Source: a virus. From it: 64,000 bases of DNA. The position numbers were made by a program, and so were the translations under genes. The DNA lies in the IMG/VR virus record IMGVR_UViG_3300007504_000003, positions 32,001-96,000 of that record; one strand, 5' to 3'. The notes below the pieces were generated by a model. It was given only the letters and a program-made list of their open reading frames with translations, was not told the origin of the DNA and ran no database searches. Numbering within the stretch: position 1 is the first letter of the stretch; each line of letters opens with the position of its first letter. Shown here in pieces: positions 54,064 to 63,213 of the stretch.

Positions 54064-55056
54064 TTACAGGAATTCCGGCCCCCGTTGGTGGAATCGGACT
54101 CGGGTGCTCCCCCAGGGATTCCAGATCCGAATCCACTCTCGCAGCGTCTTGGAATAGACGTCCACGAATTTGATTGAAGCCTCGTTCAAGTTCGCTTTCA
54201 TGTCGGGCACGGCAGCGGTGGCTGATACACAAGCGATCAGGGCGAAACTCCTCTGTCTCAAGTTGGATAGGTTGGTCCCGGCTTCATACTCCGCCCGAGC
54301 GATCGACACCCCCCAGCGGTCACAGCCTCTAAGGGAGCAGATTTTGCTGAAGAGGGCTCGGCCCAGGGCTTCCTCTGGCATGTAGTCCCCGACCCCGATC
54401 TTCAGAGATCGAAGGTTCGGGCCAGGGTCGGACCGGGTTCTGTCGGCTTCTTCTTCCACGAGTCGGAGTTGAAGGGCTCGGGTGACTGCGTTCGCGGAAT
54501 CCTTGTAGAAGGTCCCCTTGTAGAAGACGATCTCTCGCTCTCGCAGCCCCACTTGACCTAACTGACCCTGGAGTTCAAGCAGCGGTGTAGGTTCAGCCCC
54601 ACCACCGCGGACGGTGTACCACTGGAGGACGTCGGAGGTCTCGACTTTAAGGGAGCATCCCAGCCCGGAGGAGCAGAAGGCGGGGTCCAGGTCAATGGTC
54701 CCTGCTTTGGGATCCATCTTGCCCCCCGCACCTTCCAGGTGAGCGAAACTTCGCCCCTTGCCCTGAATCTCAGCCATGAACAGCTCGTGGCCCAGACGCT
54801 TCCCTCTTTGGGCCTCGCCCCATTGAGCTATCTCGGTTCGGTTGCTCCCCCATTGAGAACCGTAGGCTCTCTCTCCTGCGATGGAGTAGGAGCCTCCTTC
54901 GATTTTCCCTGTGGAGAGAATTCGACGTAGCTCTTCCCCGTCGAAGACACGGAAGAGCTGGATGGGGGAGAGAAACTTTCCGATAGCAATGGCCCCGCCG
55001 AATTGCTTCCGGGCTTTGTTTGTCCCTCTGGGGGACACTTGGACTTTGACCGCCAT
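54064..55056 (-). CDS. hypothetical protein (possible ART-like N-region)
   Basis: ATG 55056; LFRVFDGEELRRILSTG pattern only weakly suggestive. Confidence 0.5.
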   Translation of the reverse strand: MAVKVQVSPRGTNKARKQFGGAIAIGKFLSPIQLFRVFDGEELRRILSTGKIEGGSYSIAGERAYGSQWGSNRTEIAQWGEAQRGKRLGHELFMAEIQGKGRSFAHLEGAGGKMDPKAGTIDLDPAFCSSGLGCSLKVETSDVLQWYTVRGGGAEPTPLLELQGQLGQVGLREREIVFYKGTFYKDSANAVTRALQLRLVEEEADRTRSDPGPNLRSLKIGVGDYMPEEALGRALFSKICSLRGCDRWGVSIARAEYEAGTNLSNLRQRSFALIACVSATAAVPDMKANLNEASIKFVDVYSKTLREWIRIWNPWGSTRVRFHQRGPEFL

Positions 55057-55082
55057 ATTCGGGCCCTCATATAGGAGCCCGA

Positions 55083-55095
55083 ATAATTGGTTTAT
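55083..55095 (+). promoter_or_regulatory. putative late promoter motif TA-N6-YTAT
   Basis: ATAATTGGTTTAT upstream of 55123. Confidence 0.45.
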
Positions 55096-55122
55096 TGTCC
55101 TTGAGAGGTGTCTGGAGAAGTA

Positions 55123-55947
55123 ATGAGATCTCTGCGTTCTAGCGTCATCCGGCTGGCTGCTTCCTTGGAAGCAGGAGACCCGCTTCGGGGTCATCTTGTA
55201 GAGGCAGCAGCGGGCTTTGAGGAGTTGACGAGATTCAATTTCTCTTCCGTCTTGCAGTCCTTAGTGGCTCAGATGCTCCGAGAGAACACGGGTACGCTCT
55301 ATGTAGTGGACGATGACGGCGTCACCTCGGAGCGGGCTTTGAAGGACAAGTTGGACGAGGCACTCTCAGGTGCCTCGGTTCGGCCTACTTCCGGTATGTG
55401 GACCGGCCGGGGGCCTAAGCCCCGGAAGCCGACTCTTCCTCGGGTAGAGGGGTTCAAGGCTCGCTATGAGCAGCTCTTGGATGCGGAACGTATGGACTGG
55501 AGGAACAAGACGGTAGAGGTGCAGGCTATCCGGTCACCCAGGACTCGGAGGCCCGGGTACAGGGTCACCTGGGAATTCAAGCGTCCGGCTGCCCAGCCGA
55601 TGCAGTCTCTTGATTTCCGTCGCCTTGTGACGATCCACTATGGTTCAGGTCGAGAAGCTTTTCAGCAGGTTCTCCCTGAGATTTTGAGGTACCTGAGCAG
55701 TCAGCGGGGCGTACAGGTTGTTCGGGAGTCGGCTCCCGTGGCATTCACTTATGAGGGAGAGGAGTTCGGGCTTCACTTTTCTGTCAACGCTTACGGGAGC
55801 AACAACGTGCTCTCGATCGTTCGTCCCGACCCTCATGAGGTGATTTCTCTTTCCGTGCTGGGTCACTGGTCGGTGCCCACCCTCGGGGACCTCCCGAGGG
55901 TGGTCTGGGAGGAGTTCGTCAAGAACCTCGCGGCTAAGAACCGCTAG
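55123..55947 (+). CDS. hypothetical protein with N-terminal IRLA tag
   Basis: LRSSVIRLAASLEAGDPLRGHLV. Confidence 0.65.
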   Translation: MRSLRSSVIRLAASLEAGDPLRGHLVEAAAGFEELTRFNFSSVLQSLVAQMLRENTGTLYVVDDDGVTSERALKDKLDEALSGASVRPTSGMWTGRGPKPRKPTLPRVEGFKARYEQLLDAERMDWRNKTVEVQAIRSPRTRRPGYRVTWEFKRPAAQPMQSLDFRRLVTIHYGSGREAFQQVLPEILRYLSSQRGVQVVRESAPVAFTYEGEEFGLHFSVNAYGSNNVLSIVRPDPHEVISLSVLGHWSVPTLGDLPRVVWEEFVKNLAAKNR

Positions 55948-56549
55948 GCGGCCTCGACCTGGAAGGTGCCGCCCGCCTGACCCTTGAGCCGGAGCACCTC
56001 TCCGTCCTCGGTCTCGAAAGTGTGGGTCTCTTCCCACGTCTTCGGACAGAAGGTGCTGTCGGTACGTCGCCCGGCCTTCAGACGCTCCCAGAGCGTCGAT
56101 CGCCCTCGCGGGGGTCCCGGGAGGCTCCGGAACTGAATCGAGGTGCCTGGGAGGCACTGGACCGTCCGAGGTCGCCGTGCGGGGATCTTCGCCGGGACCT
56201 GCTCCGGCTCCGCCTTGACGGGTTCCGGCTTCGGCGGGCTCGGAGCTTCGGGCTTGGGTGTGGCCTTCTTCGGGCCGAAGTGCTTCCGGCAGAAATCCCG
56301 CTGCTGGAGCCCCAGGCGGAGGTAGGTGACGATTACATGGTCGTAGATGTGCTCGCAGATGATCCCGAGAAAGTCGTGGGTCAGCCAGTACCGGGTGTTC
56401 TGGCTCCGGTTCCCTCGTCGGCCCAGGAGGACCATGACGAGGTCCGGGCTCAGCTCAGTGGCGACGTGGCGGGCCGCGAGCAGGGCTAGCGGTGTGGCTT
56501 CCGGGTGATGTATCTGGAATCGCTGGATCGCGTGTCGTCCGACTCGCAT
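55944..56549 (-). CDS. hypothetical protein
   Basis: AGGAGG RBS; Pro-rich linker. Confidence 0.6.
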   Translation of the reverse strand: MRVGRHAIQRFQIHHPEATPLALLAARHVATELSPDLVMVLLGRRGNRSQNTRYWLTHDFLGIICEHIYDHVIVTYLRLGLQQRDFCRKHFGPKKATPKPEAPSPPKPEPVKAEPEQVPAKIPARRPRTVQCLPGTSIQFRSLPGPPRGRSTLWERLKAGRRTDSTFCPKTWEETHTFETEDGEVLRLKGQAGGTFQVEAA

Positions 56550-56661
56550 GGGATACCTCCTATTTTCGTATACGACTGGCCCGGAGATATTTCCCTAAAA
56601 ATGTCCGGGGTTGCGGCCGGTAGATCCCTGATAGGTTCCACCAGTGTAGAGGAGCCCGCTG

Positions 56662-57549
56662 ATGGGATTCAGCAATCAAGAGCGGATCAACCTGCTTACC
56701 AAGGCGCTGGCCGCCGGGGTGTTGGACGCTAATTCGGTTTCTTCCTGGTATGAGACCTTCTTCCCGTTTCGGTTCATCAACGAGGCGGGGACGGTGTGGA
56801 TGGAGCTGGGGACGCTCAGGGGCTTCCCAGCCGCGAATCTGTCAGCCGCCCAGACGAACGCGGCAGACCCGGCTCTCTCCACAATTTTGGAGGATCGTTC
56901 CGCAGCCGCGAACGCGGTTCGTTTAACCGCGGTGACGGGGACCAACGGTAGCACTTGGGTTGCTCACAGCACCTACAACGACGCCTCTTCAGCCGTCCTG
57001 ACCAACTGGCTCCTCCCGCAGCTTGTTCCGCAGTCTTCTGGGGTGCCTTCCAACGGGTACGCGATTCGCTTGTATGAGGGCGACCCGGCGAGCGGCGGCA
57101 CGGAGATCTCTACGACCTCAGGGACGACCGGGACGGGTGACGAGAAGACTGTCGGCTGGGTCTGGAACTACGCGAACGGGATGCTGCTGCTCTCTGACGA
57201 CTTCAAGGGGAGCGTCTCGGACCCTTACGTGGTCGGGTTCCGGTATGTCGGACGAACGGCTCAGGATACGGAGGATGACCTCCAGACTCTTGAGGCGAGC
57301 GTAGCGACGACCCAAGGAGAAGTCAGCACTCTCCAGTCGGAAATGGCGACGGCTCAGTCAAATATCACGACTCTTCAGTCAGAGATGACCGCTGCGGAGG
57401 CGGATATCGACTCCCTGGAGTCTGATATGACGACAGCGCAATCAGATATTACGACGCTTCAAAGCGACGTAACAACGCTTCGGGACGACGTGGATGCCCT
57501 TCAGCAATCGGCTAATGGGATGGTGGTTCGTTTCGTAAAGGGCGGGTGA
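56662..57549 (+). CDS. virion structural protein with C-terminal trimeric coiled-coil repeats
   Basis: 14-aa periodic TLQSEMATAQSNI-type repeats at about 57290-57500. Confidence 0.7.
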   Translation: MGFSNQERINLLTKALAAGVLDANSVSSWYETFFPFRFINEAGTVWMELGTLRGFPAANLSAAQTNAADPALSTILEDRSAAANAVRLTAVTGTNGSTWVAHSTYNDASSAVLTNWLLPQLVPQSSGVPSNGYAIRLYEGDPASGGTEISTTSGTTGTGDEKTVGWVWNYANGMLLLSDDFKGSVSDPYVVGFRYVGRTAQDTEDDLQTLEASVATTQGEVSTLQSEMATAQSNITTLQSEMTAAEADIDSLESDMTTAQSDITTLQSDVTTLRDDVDALQQSANGMVVRFVKGG

Positions 57550-57552
57550 TCT

Positions 57553-59571
57553 ATGCCGCTTGGACAAGCTGGAGATCCCTTCACCTTCCACGTCCTCTGG
57601 TTGGACGCGGAAGGGAGCCCGATGACGGTGACCTCTCCTGCGATCGATATCTTCTACTTCGATAACGCTGGGGATAGGCAGAATCTTGTCACCAGCGGGG
57701 TGATGACTGCCGTGACCGGGGACACGGGGCGGTATGCCTACGTCTACACCGTCAGCTCTTCCTACGACGAGCCCTCACCTGTCTACGGGTTGATGACGGC
57801 GACGGAGACGGCGACGGGGTTGGAGCTGGTGGAAGAGATGGTGGTCGATGTGATCGACCCCAACGCGAGCACCCTGACGGTGAAGAACGAAGGGGTGGTG
57901 CTCAACACCAGCGTGACTAGCATCGATTTCATCGGGGTCGATGTGGAGTCCGACAACCCTTCTGGAGACGCGATCCGGGTCTTTATCCCGCCTCCCAGCT
58001 ATCAGTCTCACTGGAATACTTCGGACGGGGACAACGGGAACCAGTCGGTCACGGAGTCGATCTCCAGAACGACGACTCGGATCCCCGACCCCAGCGGGGG
58101 TGAGGGCTCCCCATTCAAGACAGGCGGGTGGGCTGACTCCAATCAGGACACCACGCTGAGCACCTCAGCGACCTTCACGACTCCGGATGTGACCACGGGG
58201 TTCGGTGGGGACTCCACCATGACAGTGAATGTCTACGACGCAGACGGCTCTACTGTCTTGGAGACCTTCACTACGGCAGCCCTGGACGGGGATGGCTCGT
58301 ATGACGCCCCTAGCGGGAACATCAGCGTCACCTTGTCCAGCTACGGGTCGGATACTCTTCAGTGGAAGGCGAAGGCGTCTGTCGTCGTGGACTTCGACGG
58401 GGTTTTGTCTGACGCTGGCCTCACGGGGGGACGCTGCCACGCTGAAGTGATTCACACCACGGACAGCGGAACCGACGGTACCGGTCCCTACACGTATACT
58501 CAAGACCCGTTCTTTCTGGACAGCAACCCCAGCACCCCAGCGATTAACGGCACCGTTTCGGTGTCCGAGACCGCTGGGCAGGTGTTAACCAAGCATCTCT
58601 CTGGGGTGGAATACTACATCCTCAGCTCGCAGTTCACAGCGTCGGTGACGGATATCGACGGCTTGAACGCCAACAGCATCAGAACGAGCGCGAACCTCGT
58701 CCTGACCGGGTCGGAGTACGGTCTCTCTTCCCTCTCCCACAGCCCCTTCGGGACAGGTAGTGCGAATTTCTCGGGTTGGTCATCTGCGGAGAACCAGGAT
58801 GACGTGTCCTACAGCAACACTGCCTGGGCGATCACCCAGGGGAGCTATCGCTATTTCGGCTCGACCGCGAATATCTCCAGCTATCCCCGGGACCCTTGGG
58901 CTAACGGCTCTACTCAGAACTCGTCCAATGCCTCGATTCTGATCGACACCTACACGTCCAGCTCAAGTGCCCTGGTCGAGAACTTTGACGACGAAGATCT
59001 CCGCCAGGACAGCGGGTTCAACAGCGGGGCCGCAGCGGGCAACTGGACCAGTACGACAGCTCTGGTTTCCGGGGAGGGCTTTGTCCACAACGGGAAGCTC
59101 ATGTCTCCGGAGGCAGCCTCCTACCAGGACTGGTCCAGCTTTCAGCCTTCAGCCGGCGGCGCCAACCCAGACTACTCCGCCTTGTCGGTTCCCGTGAGCT
59201 ATTACCGGACTTTTGAGGACACGTCAGGGGATTCTCGCTCCAGCTTTTCGGTGGTGTTCAGCGGGGCCTTTGTGTCCGACGCGACGACGGATCTCGCCAA
59301 TAGCGACCTGGAGATCTTTGTCAGGCGGGTGTCTTCGCCGCTTGGCGATTCCGGCCCGAGTGCGAATCCGCTCAACCTCCACGGGTCGCTGTACAACTTT
59401 TCCTCATTCGACGACGGGGTCACCAACGGTGATATCCGAGAGGGGTCGTCGTCTGGGAACACCGTGAATGGCACCTTCGGGGGGCTCCCTTGTGAAGATG
59501 GGATCCATGTCCACGTCCGCATCAACGACGCGACGATTCAGATCGACAGCATGACGGTGACCTTCTTCTGA
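57553..59571 (+). CDS. large Ser/Thr/Gly/Asp-rich virion (tail/baseplate-like) protein
   Basis: Beta-rich composition; N-domain paralogous to 60322..60639. Confidence 0.65.
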   Translation: MPLGQAGDPFTFHVLWLDAEGSPMTVTSPAIDIFYFDNAGDRQNLVTSGVMTAVTGDTGRYAYVYTVSSSYDEPSPVYGLMTATETATGLELVEEMVVDVIDPNASTLTVKNEGVVLNTSVTSIDFIGVDVESDNPSGDAIRVFIPPPSYQSHWNTSDGDNGNQSVTESISRTTTRIPDPSGGEGSPFKTGGWADSNQDTTLSTSATFTTPDVTTGFGGDSTMTVNVYDADGSTVLETFTTAALDGDGSYDAPSGNISVTLSSYGSDTLQWKAKASVVVDFDGVLSDAGLTGGRCHAEVIHTTDSGTDGTGPYTYTQDPFFLDSNPSTPAINGTVSVSETAGQVLTKHLSGVEYYILSSQFTASVTDIDGLNANSIRTSANLVLTGSEYGLSSLSHSPFGTGSANFSGWSSAENQDDVSYSNTAWAITQGSYRYFGSTANISSYPRDPWANGSTQNSSNASILIDTYTSSSSALVENFDDEDLRQDSGFNSGAAAGNWTSTTALVSGEGFVHNGKLMSPEAASYQDWSSFQPSAGGANPDYSALSVPVSYYRTFEDTSGDSRSSFSVVFSGAFVSDATTDLANSDLEIFVRRVSSPLGDSGPSANPLNLHGSLYNFSSFDDGVTNGDIREGSSSGNTVNGTFGGLPCEDGIHVHVRINDATIQIDSMTVTFF

Positions 59572-59581
59572 AGTCGCCGGG

Positions 59582-59594
59582 GTATTCGGCCTAT
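59582..59594 (+). promoter_or_regulatory. putative late promoter motif TA-N6-YTAT
   Basis: GTATTCGGCCTAT upstream of 59610; near-identical to the 8519 site. Confidence 0.5.
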
Positions 59595-59609
59595 ACATCC
59601 GGGAGGGCA

Positions 59610-59915
59610 ATGAGTCGTTTTTCTGACCCGTTTCGCCTCAGGGTGCTGGAAGACCAGATCCGAATCTCTGTCCGGGTGACGGAGAGGAAGGTGGACGAGT
59701 ACACGTTCTCCATTTCTGAAATCCGGGGGATCACTCTGTCGTTCCCGCCCGGCCCGGAGTGGGTGGAGGCCGGGTCCCTGAAGGTTCGTATCCGCGACGG
59801 GAAGGCGATGATCGGGTTCCAGGTCTCCGCTTACAAGTGGGAGATTTATTCGATGGTCCCCGGCAATCTCGTTCGTTTCCTAGCCCAGCTCCGGGCAGCG
59901 TTGGGGGAGGGCTGA
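59610..59915 (+). CDS. hypothetical protein
   Basis: GGAGGG RBS. Confidence 0.55.
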   Translation: MSRFSDPFRLRVLEDQIRISVRVTERKVDEYTFSISEIRGITLSFPPGPEWVEAGSLKVRIRDGKAMIGFQVSAYKWEIYSMVPGNLVRFLAQLRAALGEG

Positions 59916-60322
59916 TGCCTATCGGAAGATCGCCTCGGATTCGGGCCGCCCAGATCAGGTCTTACCTGACCATCGAGGCTTATGGCGTGACTCAGGGGGA
60001 GGTTGTCTCCGTGGTAGACGATGGAGGCACGATGAAGCTGCTTCCTTGCTCGTCAAATCTCTATGCGGACACCTTCTATGGATTCGCGGACGCGACGACG
60101 GCTCAAGGGACCATCCCTACCATCACGGGCAGGGGGTCTCGGGTAACCCCGCTCGTTAAAAACGACGACCCTCTGGTGATCGGTGTCGGCGTGTGGCTGA
60201 GCGACACCGCGGGTCGGGTGGTACAGACACCCCCCTCGTCGGGCACGATTCTCCGGGTGGGGACCGCGGTGACTACGACTGAGATGGTCCTGGCGACAGA
60301 TGCCAAGGTGAGCATCGGTTGA
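59915..60322 (+). CDS. small structural-like protein
   Basis: TGATG coupling; GEVVSV...GFA...GTVLRVG-type beta pattern. Confidence 0.6.
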   Translation: MPIGRSPRIRAAQIRSYLTIEAYGVTQGEVVSVVDDGGTMKLLPCSSNLYADTFYGFADATTAQGTIPTITGRGSRVTPLVKNDDPLVIGVGVWLSDTAGRVVQTPPSSGTILRVGTAVTTTEMVLATDAKVSIG

Positions 60323-60639
60323 TGGCATACACCACCCTGGGTGAGGCGGTGACCTTCACCGCGGTCTTTGTGGACGGGGTCAATGACCCGCTCACGGTGA
60401 CCTCTCCACTGATCGATATCTTCTACTTCGACAGCGGAGGCGACAAGCAAGCCCTGGTGACTGAGCAAGCCATGACGAGCCTGGGATCAGGGCACTACGT
60501 GTATTTCTACACCCCGGTGGGGCTCTCCACAGGCGTGGTTCTCGTGGGGTTCATGCGGGGAACTTCTGATGGGGTCCAGGTTTCTACGGAGCAGAGTTTC
60601 TCTATCCGGTCAAGCGTCCCCCTTAAACTCTCCAGGTAG
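60322..60639 (+). CDS. small Ig-like structural protein
   Basis: Paralog of the 57553 N-domain (TVTSP.IDIFYFD..GD.Q.LVT). Confidence 0.65.
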   Translation: MAYTTLGEAVTFTAVFVDGVNDPLTVTSPLIDIFYFDSGGDKQALVTEQAMTSLGSGHYVYFYTPVGLSTGVVLVGFMRGTSDGVQVSTEQSFSIRSSVPLKLSR

Positions 60640-60654
60640 ATCGTATACAAGACC

Positions 60655-61026
60655 ATGCTCTCTCTTTCCGAAATTGATCGCCGGCTGGTCCGGGCTCACC
60701 AGACGAGCCGAGTCGTCGTTTCCCTGGGTGAAACCATCCGGGAGATGATTTCGGAGGATCCCGAGGTGACTCTGCTCCGGGTTGAGAAGAGGCTCCGGGA
60801 GCTTGGTAGCTCAGTACATCTCCTCGCGGCTCCCCTGGAGCAGATGCGGCCTGGGCTTGAGGCCCGGAACGTTGATGGTTCCCTGGCTTCCTATTGGCTC
60901 TGGATATGCCTCTATCCTCGGGAGCTGGAATCAACCCGGGAGCGATTCGGAATCCAGAGCCCGCAGGAAAATCTCCTCCGGCTCCGGGAGACTGGTTTCC
61001 TCATGCTTCAGGATTCTCATGGTTGA
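60655..61026 (+). CDS. hypothetical protein
   Basis: ORF in operon. Confidence 0.55.
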   Translation: MLSLSEIDRRLVRAHQTSRVVVSLGETIREMISEDPEVTLLRVEKRLRELGSSVHLLAAPLEQMRPGLEARNVDGSLASYWLWICLYPRELESTRERFGIQSPQENLLRLRETGFLMLQDSHG

Positions 61027-61429
61027 TCTCACTCAGCGGTATCTTCAGGAGCCCCTCCTTCACGCCGTCGTGACCGCTCTGGTCAACATCTCGCTGGATG
61101 GGGTGGAAGACCAGCCCGGTCGAACGAAGGACTTCCTCGGGCGAGTCGCCCGAGAGTTTCTGGTCCGCGGAGAAGCGATCCTGGTTCGGGTTGGTGACGA
61201 GGCTGCTTTGATCGCCCCTGGCGCGATCACCGAGCTGGGGTCAGTGCCCATTCTGGAGGGGGTCACCCTGGAGCCCGAGTCCGTCTTGAGGATCTCTCGG
61301 CCTACGGGTCTGGACCCGAGCCGTATCCGGAAGGACACTGATCTCCAGGGAGTCGATATTCCGGTGCTCCGGAACTTCATTCCTCGCACTCTCACGTTCC
61401 TTGGGGACAGGAGGTTGATCGGTGTCTGA
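61019..61429 (+). CDS. hypothetical protein
   Basis: Overlapping start and stop with neighbours. Confidence 0.55.
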   Translation: MVDLTQRYLQEPLLHAVVTALVNISLDGVEDQPGRTKDFLGRVAREFLVRGEAILVRVGDEAALIAPGAITELGSVPILEGVTLEPESVLRISRPTGLDPSRIRKDTDLQGVDIPVLRNFIPRTLTFLGDRRLIGV

Positions 61430-61805
61430 TTACGAAATCAGCGGTGGGCTCATGTCTCCAGACGGGATGGGCTCCCTGTTTCTGGATGGCTATGCGATTC
61501 CCGAGCCCGTAGATCCCAGGATCGTGGGGGCCCATGTCGGATCGAGTGTGCCCGGCTCCTGCTGCATTCGGGGTGAGAAGGAAGGGCTCCCCGTGGAGTG
61601 GGTGGTGGAGTTCGACTGGCTCTTCGCCTCGTTTACCCCGGACAAGGTGAACCACCATGTCGCAGTTATCTGCGGAACCTTCCCGGTGCATGTGGAGGCT
61701 GTCCACGAGCCGGTCACCGTGACCCTGAGGTGGAAGGACGCAGAGGGGCTCCATGAGGAGGAGCGTCGCTTGGATTCCGGAGTCGCGGAATTCCGCTCCC
61801 GATAG
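61422..61805 (+). CDS. hypothetical protein
   Basis: ORF in operon. Confidence 0.5.
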   Translation: MSDYEISGGLMSPDGMGSLFLDGYAIPEPVDPRIVGAHVGSSVPGSCCIRGEKEGLPVEWVVEFDWLFASFTPDKVNHHVAVICGTFPVHVEAVHEPVTVTLRWKDAEGLHEEERRLDSGVAEFRSR

Positions 61806-61814
61806 ATTCTCTAT
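61802..61814 (+). promoter_or_regulatory. putative late promoter motif TA-N6-YTAT
   Basis: ATAGATTCTCTAT, one mismatch to the 15231 site. Confidence 0.5.
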
Positions 61815-61847
61815 AGGGCTTCGTGGTTGAAGCCTTGGAGAATCCGC

Positions 61848-62501
61848 ATGAGTGGCCTGCGTCGAGCTATCATCCGTTTGGCCGCTTCTACGGCGGAGGC
61901 TGACCTCAAGAGCGACTTGCTCCGGTTGGTCGCAGCTCCCGCAAAGGGAGGGCTGTACCTCCGTCCCCAGAACCCGCGTGTTACCGAGAGGTGGAGTGCC
62001 CTTCTGGGTCGAATCCTGTACGATAAGTATGGGTCTGGGGTTGTGAATATCCCAGATGTGTCCCTAGTGGACACGGATCACGGGGAAGAAGTCTTCGTGG
62101 ACATGTACGGGGTCGGGATTTCGGTCAAGAGCCACACCACTGTCCTGGCTTTGCTCGGGGTTAGCTTCTACGATGAGAAGTCTGGGATCGAGGCGGTCAA
62201 GACACTCCAGAAGGATCCGCGTCACCCCCCGCTAGGCTTGTTTCGCGCAACCAAGTATCGCAGCACCCGCGTCTATCCTCCGATGAAGGAGGTCCCCCAG
62301 GGGGGTTCGTCCTACAGAATTCGGGGGGACAAAGTGCAGGTTTCTATAAATCCTGACCGGATTTACGTCAGCGGATCGACGTACCCGATCAAGGATGACC
62401 TCCGGAGTATGGGGTTTCGCTGGGATCGAGACCGCAAGGCGTGGTGGCTGGATGCCCGCCGGTATGACCGAGGCGTTGAGCAGCGCCTCAAGGCAATGTA
62501 G
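61848..62501 (+). CDS. protein with N-terminal IRLA tag and C-terminal GxTYP.KD.L...GFRWD...W domain
   Basis: LRRAIIRLAASTAEADLKSDLL. Confidence 0.65.
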   Translation: MSGLRRAIIRLAASTAEADLKSDLLRLVAAPAKGGLYLRPQNPRVTERWSALLGRILYDKYGSGVVNIPDVSLVDTDHGEEVFVDMYGVGISVKSHTTVLALLGVSFYDEKSGIEAVKTLQKDPRHPPLGLFRATKYRSTRVYPPMKEVPQGGSSYRIRGDKVQVSINPDRIYVSGSTYPIKDDLRSMGFRWDRDRKAWWLDARRYDRGVEQRLKAM

Positions 62502-62510
62502 GGGAGAGCG

Positions 62511-63200
62511 ATGCCCGGTGGAGCAGTCAAGACTCCCGCAGATGAGAAGCGGTGGAGCCGAGCCAAGGAGATCTTCAAGGAGCAGAAGGGCCGAGACCCG
62601 GAGGGGGATGACTATGCCCTGGTCATGCACATCTTCCAGGGGATGAAGCGGACCAAGCATGTCCCCGGTCAGAAGAAGAAGGCTCTCACGGATCTTCGTC
62701 GGGCGGTGATCCGGCTCGCGGCTTCTGAGCCGCAGGAGAGCCCCCTCCGGAAAGCTCTCCTCGCCTCCATGTATGGTCCTGCTCCGACAGAGCGAGTCTC
62801 CCGGCCGAAGGAGGTGAGGAATCCTCGGCCCCTTCGGTACCACAGGTCCAATCGTGATTTTGTGGAGATCAAGAAGGCGGTGGAGGGTTCCATCGTTTTC
62901 TACCAGGAGGAAGACCCGCGGTTCTCCAGCAGCCGACCTGACCCGGAGTTTGACTATCTCATGGTTCTGGCTCACTACCAGAACCCACGACACGGGGTTC
63001 ACTACGTGTGGGAGATGTTCGACCTGGATTCGGACAGCGGGGAGCCTATCTGGGAGGAAGAGGAGGAGGAAGATCCTCGTCGGTGGTGGAGTGTCCAACA
63101 GGCGTGGAAGCACGCTACGGATTCCGCTATCGACACCAGGAACGACCCAGGCGACCCACCGGACTCCTATTTCGAGCAGGGGTCTTACTACAGCTTCTAG
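62511..63200 (+). CDS. ChaB-like N-helices + IRLA tag + acidic domain
   Basis: DEKRWSRAKE...YALVMHIF; LRRAVIRLAASEPQESPLRKALL. Confidence 0.6.
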   Translation: MPGGAVKTPADEKRWSRAKEIFKEQKGRDPEGDDYALVMHIFQGMKRTKHVPGQKKKALTDLRRAVIRLAASEPQESPLRKALLASMYGPAPTERVSRPKEVRNPRPLRYHRSNRDFVEIKKAVEGSIVFYQEEDPRFSSSRPDPEFDYLMVLAHYQNPRHGVHYVWEMFDLDSDSGEPIWEEEEEEDPRRWWSVQQAWKHATDSAIDTRNDPGDPPDSYFEQGSYYSF

Positions 63201-63213
63201 CTGAGGTGTTGAG

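Noticed and set aside
56662-60639. Naming these genes as specific tail or baseplate parts, and calling tail morphology or host
   Set aside because: Composition suggests virion proteins, but no sheath, tube, tape-measure or host-diagnostic gene is recognisable in the window.
1613-60648. CGTATA[CG] element (1613, 25530 minus strand, 29352, 56566 palindrome, 60641) as a second promoter class
   Set aside because: Only five short hits, no consistent upstream box, and it overlaps the late motif core; suggestive but not supportable.
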